DNA of 64,000 nucleotides from a virus (Duplodnaviria; Caudoviricetes): IMG/VR virus record IMGVR_UViG_3300033121_001941, positions 24,657 to 88,656 of that record; one strand, 5' to 3'. Shown piece by piece: positions 57,545 to 64,000 of this stretch (position 1 is its first letter; each line of letters starts with the position of its first letter). The notes under the pieces were generated by a model. It saw only the letters and a program-made list of their open reading frames with translations, ran no database searches and was not told where the DNA came from. The position numbers and the translations under genes were made by a program.

Positions 57545-58483
57545 TTATTCCCCAATCAGTTCATTGAACACATCAATATACTTTTTTGTAATATTTTTAA
57601 TGTCAATATCAACATGTTTTCCCAATTCGTTTTTTTCTGGAAGTTTTTGAATTTGCGTAACATCAATTTTGGGAGGATTGTCATAGTCATATAGTTCATA
57701 ATCGTAATTTTCATCTTTAAGAACAATACCAAAATCGCCAATCAATTCTTTTGTTCCACCGACATCAGAACAAATTACTGGCGTATTTTGACTTAGCGCC
57801 TCGACAACAACATTGGGTGCGTGATCTGCCCAGGCTAAATGAATCATCCAATTAGAAATTGCATACACTTGCATGTATTCATCACTTGATAACGAACCAG
57901 TGTAAAAAATATGAGGATCTGCAACAATGAGATCGGGATTATTACCCAACACAATTAGACAACTGTTTACGTAATAATTCTGTCTTAAATGTTTGAACAG
58001 TTCTATGTTTGAACTTAAACGTTTTTGTTTGTGCCAATTAGCAGAACAAACAAATATCATTTGATATTCATGTCTTAATTTTTCTAATGCCGGGATCGTT
58101 AAATTTTTTATGGGTGTTATATCAATTCCGTTACGAACAATATGATTGGTTAAATTTTTACGAAATCCCCACCATTTTGTTATCATTTGTTGATCAAAAC
58201 AGGATTGAAAAATTACTGAATCTGCACTTTCATATAATGATTTAATTTGTTTATTCTTAATTTCAAAATCATCAGGTTTAAACCAAATTCCATCTATTCG
58301 TTGAACTATTTTGTTAGCTAGTTTTTGTCCAGAGGGTTCTATAAAAACGAGTGATACTTTTGATTTTTTTTGTGAAAATTCAACTTCATGTCCTTGATTG
58401 AATAATTCACGTGCAAGTCTATTTGCAAAAGTCCCAGGGCCTGTTCTTGCATTAATATCAACACCATCAAAATGAACAATCAT
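57545..58483 (-). CDS. GT-B (GT4-like) glycosyltransferase
   Basis: PNVVVEALSQ.TPVICSDVGGTKE. Confidence 0.85.
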   Translation of the reverse strand: MIVHFDGVDINARTGPGTFANRLARELFNQGHEVEFSQKKSKVSLVFIEPSGQKLANKIVQRIDGIWFKPDDFEIKNKQIKSLYESADSVIFQSCFDQQMITKWWGFRKNLTNHIVRNGIDITPIKNLTIPALEKLRHEYQMIFVCSANWHKQKRLSSNIELFKHLRQNYYVNSCLIVLGNNPDLIVADPHIFYTGSLSSDEYMQVYAISNWMIHLAWADHAPNVVVEALSQNTPVICSDVGGTKELIGDFGIVLKDENYDYELYDYDNPPKIDVTQIQKLPEKNELGKHVDIDIKNITKKYIDVFNELIGE

Positions 58484-58842
58484 GATCTTCGTTTAATCTC
58501 TTTGATCAAAGGAATAGTAAAATCAGTTCCATTCATAAATGTTGCTAATAACGCTATTTCTTTCGTTGGAATCATTTCAAGTTTTGCACGCTGCGAAAAT
58601 ATATGAGGATTAAGTGTTTGTGTTTCATTTATCGAAACACAATCATAATATTCTTGTGCGAGCCAATTAACAGATTCATTTGATAATTGAACATTTGATG
58701 ATTCAAATACTTCAACAAGCGTATCAAAAATAGTTTGATAAATTTCAGTGCATGTCACTAAATCTAATGACTTTTCGTTAAAAGCTTTTAATCTACTTGT
58801 TATCAATTTTTCAAGAGCTTCATTAATACCAAATTTATTCAT
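58480..58842 (-). CDS. hypothetical protein (paralog of 58839-59234)
   Basis: 120 aa; alignable by eye to its neighbour. Confidence 0.65.
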   Translation of the reverse strand: MNKFGINEALEKLITSRLKAFNEKSLDLVTCTEIYQTIFDTLVEVFESSNVQLSNESVNWLAQEYYDCVSINETQTLNPHIFSQRAKLEMIPTKEIALLATFMNGTDFTIPLIKEIKRRS

Positions 58843-59234
58843 GACAATAACCTTTTAACACGTTCTTTTTCTAATTCATTACCAATATCTGTATCGTGAA
58901 ACAACCTTCCAAGAACAAAAATATCAGATGTCGACAATTCAGAAATTTTATATTCATTTATGACAACTTGATCACTCATTAACATATCACCGTTTAATTT
59001 TATTCGCTTGAAAATAAAATCAGATAACCAATATATGGGGGCAGTTTCTGTAATTGCTTCTTCTGACAAGAGTGTTTTAACGCAAAAAATAATATCTTCT
59101 CTAATATTCTTCATCGTTATCGGTGTTAAATGCAGATAAAGATATTTTTCAAGAATGGTTCTTAATTGTTTATCAAGTCTTTCTTGAATTTGTCGATCTA
59201 TTGTTTTTACTTTTTTCTTCTTGGAATAAAACAT
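58839..59234 (-). CDS. hypothetical protein (paralog of 58480-58842)
   Basis: 131 aa; alignable by eye to its neighbour. Confidence 0.65.
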   Translation of the reverse strand: MFYSKKKKVKTIDRQIQERLDKQLRTILEKYLYLHLTPITMKNIREDIIFCVKTLLSEEAITETAPIYWLSDFIFKRIKLNGDMLMSDQVVINEYKISELSTSDIFVLGRLFHDTDIGNELEKERVKRLLS

Positions 59235-59266
59235 AGTAAATTATAACACTATATTCTTATGTGGAT

Positions 59267-60151
59267 TTAAAGTGATTTGATTAAATCAACATATTTTTCT
59301 GACATTTGTTCCCAGGAATCAAAAGTAGTTAAATTCTGTTTAAAATCTTTTGCCAAAATCAGATTTTTCAATTCATCAATTGATGAAAAAACATGATCTT
59401 TTCCAACGAATTCAACTGCTCCACCACCATCACAAAAAGCGTATGAAGGTAATCCACATGACATAGATTCTACGCAATGATTCGGCCCCGGGTCCCAACG
59501 AGTGCCAGTGACATAAACGTCATATTTCCCAAGTTCGTCGCCTAATTCTTTTCCATACAATGGTGCAATAACATTCGTATTTTTAAACGTTCCAAAGTCA
59601 CGACCAATATACGTAAATGAATATTTGTCTGAATTCAATCCAACAAACTCATCAATCCATTCGTAAATATCGGCACCTTTCATTCTGTTATTCGACCAAT
59701 GGTGAGCAACAATATTAACTTTTCCATTGTTCAGTTTTTGTTTGGGTGAAAAAATTTGTTTATCAACACCATTGACAATAACAACTGAATTTTTACACTT
59801 CCAATCTTTTTCAAGGAAATAATCTCGTTGCCAACCAGAAACAAAGACTGTTGTATTAACACAACTCGATAAGTAAATTAATTTATCATCAACGTGATTT
59901 GTATTTTTTCTAGCGTCATTATCATTAACTCTTAACACAGTTTTGGAAATATTTGAATGTAATAATATTTCTAATGCAGAAGGTAAATGATTTTCACCTT
60001 CAAGACCTGCAATTAATGCTGCATTTGAATTCTTTATTTCTGAATCAACCTGAATCCCAAAATTTGGGAGATTTTCATACAGGGCATTAACGAATAATGC
60101 ACCTCCTCCCCAAGGTGAATAAATTGGTCTCCGGTTGATATACAATTTCAC
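59267..60151 (-). CDS. GT-B (GT4-like) glycosyltransferase
   Basis: WGGG..F, KGADIY, DPGPNHCVESMSCGLP. Confidence 0.82.
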   Translation of the reverse strand: MKLYINRRPIYSPWGGGALFVNALYENLPNFGIQVDSEIKNSNAALIAGLEGENHLPSALEILLHSNISKTVLRVNDNDARKNTNHVDDKLIYLSSCVNTTVFVSGWQRDYFLEKDWKCKNSVVIVNGVDKQIFSPKQKLNNGKVNIVAHHWSNNRMKGADIYEWIDEFVGLNSDKYSFTYIGRDFGTFKNTNVIAPLYGKELGDELGKYDVYVTGTRWDPGPNHCVESMSCGLPSYAFCDGGGAVEFVGKDHVFSSIDELKNLILAKDFKQNLTTFDSWEQMSEKYVDLIKSL

Positions 60152-60885
60152 TTTACATATCCTCTGTTTCTAAGAAATACAGCTTCATCTTTTTGAAACT
60201 TAGCATCATCAGTCTGAAAAATGCTTGGATCATCAATTTCAATATTATAGTGATACATCGCTCGAGGTAAGAAAACACGTTTTTGTGCGTTATGTAATGC
60301 TGGTAAATACACGGCTTGATCACCTGCTCTACGAACATAATCACCATTTTCATTACGAAAATTTACATCACTAACACCATTCAATAAACTTTTTCTAAAA
60401 GTTTTGAAATGTGATGACACCCACGGATGTTGATATGGATCTACGTTATCATCCATAGGACCACTAATATTATGATCACTAAAACCCCAACGATGTTTTG
60501 TCCAAAGAATATCACATTTTGTTTGAACATATGCTGCATTGATTATAGCTAGCGCATCTAAATCAATAAGATAATCATCTGCGTCAATTCTACAAATAAT
60601 ATCATTGTCATCACATAAATCTAATCCATTTAAAACGTTTTCAACTTCCCACTTTTTTGTTGAATTCCATATAACGTGAAGTCTATCTTCGTTCTTAAGC
60701 ATTTTAAATGCACGCAATACTTCTGCACATCGTTCTTTATGAACATAAGTTGAAACATCATCAATTAAAATGATTTTCCAATTATTATATGATTGTCCAT
60801 ATATGCTATGTAACATTCTTTGCAGCGTACTGGATGCATTGAACATTGGGGCGACAAAACAAAATCTATTTTCAGTTGATTGCAT
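60148..60885 (-). CDS. GT2 glycosyltransferase
   Basis: PMFNA, IILIDDVS, RIDADDYL. Confidence 0.9.
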   Translation of the reverse strand: MQSTENRFCFVAPMFNASSTLQRMLHSIYGQSYNNWKIILIDDVSTYVHKERCAEVLRAFKMLKNEDRLHVIWNSTKKWEVENVLNGLDLCDDNDIICRIDADDYLIDLDALAIINAAYVQTKCDILWTKHRWGFSDHNISGPMDDNVDPYQHPWVSSHFKTFRKSLLNGVSDVNFRNENGDYVRRAGDQAVYLPALHNAQKRVFLPRAMYHYNIEIDDPSIFQTDDAKFQKDEAVFLRNRGYVK

Positions 60886-60992
60886 ATTTTTTATTTGGTT
60901 GATATGAAAATATTGAAATAAAAACGCATGTATCAAATAACGTTTTCATATCCTGATTATGTGCATATGTAAACATCCAATTGATTTGATAA

Positions 60993-61742
60993 TCACCAGT
61001 CAACATAATCAACACCTAATTTTGTAAATAAAACTTGTCCATAAAGAATTTGATCATCAGTATAACCTCTTTCATCTAGGAAGATTCTTCTATCTAGTTT
61101 GATTAGTTCAGGTTCTTTAAATGATTCTTTTTCAAAGTCAATTTCATCAATTGCTTCACGACATTGAATCCCAGGATCTTCTTTTTCTGGCAGATGATAA
61201 TCATCGAAGAGAACAAATTTGTTTGCTTTGTTTTTTGATAATTCCCAATCTGCTTTTGTTGCGACATATGAATGATCACCGTCGATATACACAAGATCAA
61301 ATTTTTCTGCTATTGTAGGCAATACATTTTGTGAAAAACCTTTTGCAAATGTAACATATGAAAACCATTCTTTTGGGAAAACCTGTTGAAGTGCATTAAG
61401 ATATTTTTCATCAAAATTTGGATCAATTGTAACAATTTTACCTTGAACACCTGAATCATGAAATGCTCTAGCGGCGCAAAACGTTGAATAACCTCGGCCA
61501 AAGCCAATTTCAAGAAACGACGTTAGATTAAATTGTCGAATAAGATTATAGATTAAAATTCCACGTTCATAGTTTGCTCTGTAGTGAGCGCCGAAGGCCT
61601 TATAGTTCTCATCGCCCGGTGATCTTGTTCGTTTTGCTGTATATTCACCAATTACATCATAATCGCCTAAGATCAATGATTTAACGGGAACTCCTATTTC
61701 TTCGAGTTTTTGTTTTATGTTTACAATTTTCATATTTTTCAT
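60993..61742 (-). CDS. class I SAM-dependent methyltransferase (Methyltransf_24-like)
   Basis: LEIGFGRG, TID, DLVYIDGDHSY, LFDD. Confidence 0.9.
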   Translation of the reverse strand: MKNMKIVNIKQKLEEIGVPVKSLILGDYDVIGEYTAKRTRSPGDENYKAFGAHYRANYERGILIYNLIRQFNLTSFLEIGFGRGYSTFCAARAFHDSGVQGKIVTIDPNFDEKYLNALQQVFPKEWFSYVTFAKGFSQNVLPTIAEKFDLVYIDGDHSYVATKADWELSKNKANKFVLFDDYHLPEKEDPGIQCREAIDEIDFEKESFKEPELIKLDRRIFLDERGYTDDQILYGQVLFTKLGVDYVDW

Positions 61743-63823
61743 AGCTTTCTAGTAACAGCTTTCACAAGAAATTCTTTTAGACTTGTGTCTGTCGGTTGAT
61801 GAATAACAGGATTTTCGGCAATATCCAATAAACTAGGTGAAATACGTTTAGCAAAATTTTGCATCACTTTCGGTTCAGAATGTTGAATTGTTAACCACGG
61901 TGTAATTGTGCCATTCCATTTACGGTGCCAAATGTGCCCACCCGTTTTTTGGAGTTCTTTTGCTTTTTCTTTTATCATTTCATTAGTAACTTCCGACCAA
62001 GGAAGATCAAACATCATATTGCTTTTTGCGTCATCAACATAAATCTTTCCTGTGAGACTTTCCCAATGTTTTGTCCAGTAATTCTTATAGAGATGAATTT
62101 TTCTCTCGAGGTCATACCAAGAGTAATGATATACACAAGGGAGACCATTCACAACCTCCTGAAACCACGCCTGATAATCGCTAAGCGCTTGTTTATTACC
62201 TAACATTGCATGCTGACGAATATTCTCGACCTCAGGAGTGTAAAATGATGCATGAGGTATTCTTTCAAACGTTTCTGCGTGAATTAGATCACAACCATCT
62301 GTACCTTCTGAAGCAAATAGATCGCCATTTGAATCTGTTTTTCGTAAATCTTTAGGAATTCCATGAGTTATGTAAGGTTTGTTTCTAGAAAGTCTCCATT
62401 TCCAAGGTGTTACATCTAACCTCACTTTATCGGGTCCACCCCAATATTCAACCACGGGAAGTGATAGTACGTCAATATCTTTTGTAATTGCATTAAGAAT
62501 GTTTTTGATTTTAGGAACGTCGACTTCATGAACAATTTCATCAGAATCCATTTGCCAACAAAATTCTGATGTACACATTCTACGAGCTTCAGCTTTTTGT
62601 TCACCGTCAAATACTGCAAATCTTGGATGATTCCAATCACGAGTAATTTGTTTTAGTTTTAATGGTGACTCTTTGTTGTACGATTCTAATCGTGAGGCTT
62701 CACAATCATATAATCTTATTCGTACCGTACTTGGCACAAGATTTCTTTGAAGTTGACACAAATTTTCCCAAGTTCCATCTGTTGATCCTCCATCAACAAC
62801 ACATACTTCATCGCAAAATGAAAGCATCGATTCAATGCTTTGTTCAAATGGATATCGTTGTTTAACACAATTATATGTCGTTATGTACCCACTTATCGTT
62901 GGTTTATATTCCATAGCGTGTTTAATTCCATTCCAAAACCATTTGGGTGCAGCATACAAATATTCTGTAATTGCATTCAAGTCATCTGTAGCAAACCAAG
63001 ATTCATCTCGATGTTGGACGTATTCATTAGTATGAAGTTCACAACCTAGTAATTTTGCCTCAATTACCATTCTGGGACAGGTATCACAACCTTCGGGAAG
63101 ATATACAAATCCCTTTGAAACAGCTAATTCAGCAAGAAGTTCATCATATGACATATTCCAAACAACTTTATATTCTTTGTTGTTATCAACACACCAATTT
63201 TTAGCAGCTTCAAATCCTTTGATCCATGATGATGAACCAAGAACAATCCATTTTGTTCTTGGTTCTTTTACCATAGATTGTAAAGTTTTAATGTAGGATA
63301 ATGTTCTATCGTCAAAAACGCTAGATAAAACAGTGTTATCTTTTTCAGATAAGAAAGGGAACAGGGTATGATATTTCTCTTTCTGTTTTTCAGACATCCA
63401 CCACAAATGTTTAGCACCATAAAAAAATGCTGAAATTAGTTTTCCATTCATTTGATTATGACAATCACAAGATAATTTTGTTACATTGTGATGTTTTTCT
63501 GGAGATCTAAATTTACAGTATTTGTAATCATATTCCACTATACTGTATTTGATATTAGCGATAATGCTGGGGATTAGTTGTGGATTTAACTGCGCAAAAT
63601 TTCCAAATATCCAAAATTTATCATGACCTTGTTTTAATGTTCCAAGATTAACATCTTTGGAATGTAATTTAAAAACTTCATATGGACTACTTTCAATAAG
63701 AGCTTTTGTTGTTAATTCTGCACCGCCGACATAATCATCGTCAAATAAATCAGCTACAAAAATAACCTGTGAAGAAGCTGGTATTGATATTGTGCTTGTA
63801 AATATTTCTTTATTAAATTCCAC
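61739..63823 (-). CDS. fused glycosyltransferase (GT-B-like N-terminus plus GT2 domain)
   Basis: CPRMVIEAKLLGC; CDEVCVVDGGSTDGT; WQMDSDE. Confidence 0.85.
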   Translation of the reverse strand: MEFNKEIFTSTISIPASSQVIFVADLFDDDYVGGAELTTKALIESSPYEVFKLHSKDVNLGTLKQGHDKFWIFGNFAQLNPQLIPSIIANIKYSIVEYDYKYCKFRSPEKHHNVTKLSCDCHNQMNGKLISAFFYGAKHLWWMSEKQKEKYHTLFPFLSEKDNTVLSSVFDDRTLSYIKTLQSMVKEPRTKWIVLGSSSWIKGFEAAKNWCVDNNKEYKVVWNMSYDELLAELAVSKGFVYLPEGCDTCPRMVIEAKLLGCELHTNEYVQHRDESWFATDDLNAITEYLYAAPKWFWNGIKHAMEYKPTISGYITTYNCVKQRYPFEQSIESMLSFCDEVCVVDGGSTDGTWENLCQLQRNLVPSTVRIRLYDCEASRLESYNKESPLKLKQITRDWNHPRFAVFDGEQKAEARRMCTSEFCWQMDSDEIVHEVDVPKIKNILNAITKDIDVLSLPVVEYWGGPDKVRLDVTPWKWRLSRNKPYITHGIPKDLRKTDSNGDLFASEGTDGCDLIHAETFERIPHASFYTPEVENIRQHAMLGNKQALSDYQAWFQEVVNGLPCVYHYSWYDLERKIHLYKNYWTKHWESLTGKIYVDDAKSNMMFDLPWSEVTNEMIKEKAKELQKTGGHIWHRKWNGTITPWLTIQHSEPKVMQNFAKRISPSLLDIAENPVIHQPTDTSLKEFLVKAVTRKL

Positions 63824-63896
63824 TGTATTCTTTCTTAATTTAAGAATAAGATCTTCTTAAACAGTGTTCATAAAATTGTTCTCTAAAGAAATAATT

Positions 63897-64000
63897 TATT
63901 CTAGATCTTAGTATTCTAGATCTTAGTATTCTAGATCTTAGTATTCTAGATCTTAGTATTCTAGATCTTAGTATTCTAGATCTTAGTATTCTAGATCTTA
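63897..64000. repeat. perfect 15-bp tandem repeat (CTAGATCTTAGTATT)n, about 7 copies, truncated by the window end
   Basis: Visible directly; no spacers. Confidence 0.97.

Noticed and set aside
63897-64000. CRISPR array
   Set aside because: Units are contiguous identical 15-mers with no spacers
1-64000. Stop-codon reassignment
   Set aside because: Long genes are intact in the standard code, TAA/TAG/TGA all end genes, and no suppressor tRNA was found
1-64000. Eukaryotic giant virus origin (suggested by the sugar genes and Pth2)
   Set aside because: gp6/gp25/gp5-like baseplate genes, a sigma-like factor, Shine-Dalgarno motifs, coupled operons and bacterial-type tRNAs indicate a bacteriophage

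Overview
AT-rich segment of a large tailed bacteriophage (jumbo myovirus-like) read with the standard genetic code; the host is unknown, with only a weak hint towards Myxococcota. Layout: (1) 1-8.5 kb, + strand: small ORFs, ATP-dependent DNA ligase, FGE/SUMF1-fold protein, HExxH-vWA protein and a GIY-YIG endonuclease. (2) 8.6-16.6 kb: tRNA array with 22 canonical tRNAs, 3 atypical tRNAs and several tRNA-like or structured RNAs, interleaved with GMP reductase, SLOG, NADAR and Pth2 genes and followed by an Rnl1-type RNA ligase. (3) 18.8-36.3 kb, - strand: tail/baseplate module. (4) 36.3-49.3 kb: sigma-like factor, homing endonucleases, two GT-B glycosyltransferases (one split by an ORF-less 257-nt group I intron), and five paralogous R-S-E ADP-ribosyltransferase-like genes ending tail-to-tail with a macrodomain gene. 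(5) 49.3-63.8 kb: nucleotide-sugar and glycosyltransferase island. (6) A 15-bp tandem repeat running off the right edge. Strongest candidates for novelty: the ART paralog array with eraser enzymes; a three-copy tRNA-like RNA with a conserved non-chargeable end; the C-N-A (not CCA) 3' ends of almost all tRNA genes; and the P2/P9-less group I intron next to free-standing endonucleases. All protein calls come from motif recognition by eye and all RNA folds from manual pairing; no searches were run.
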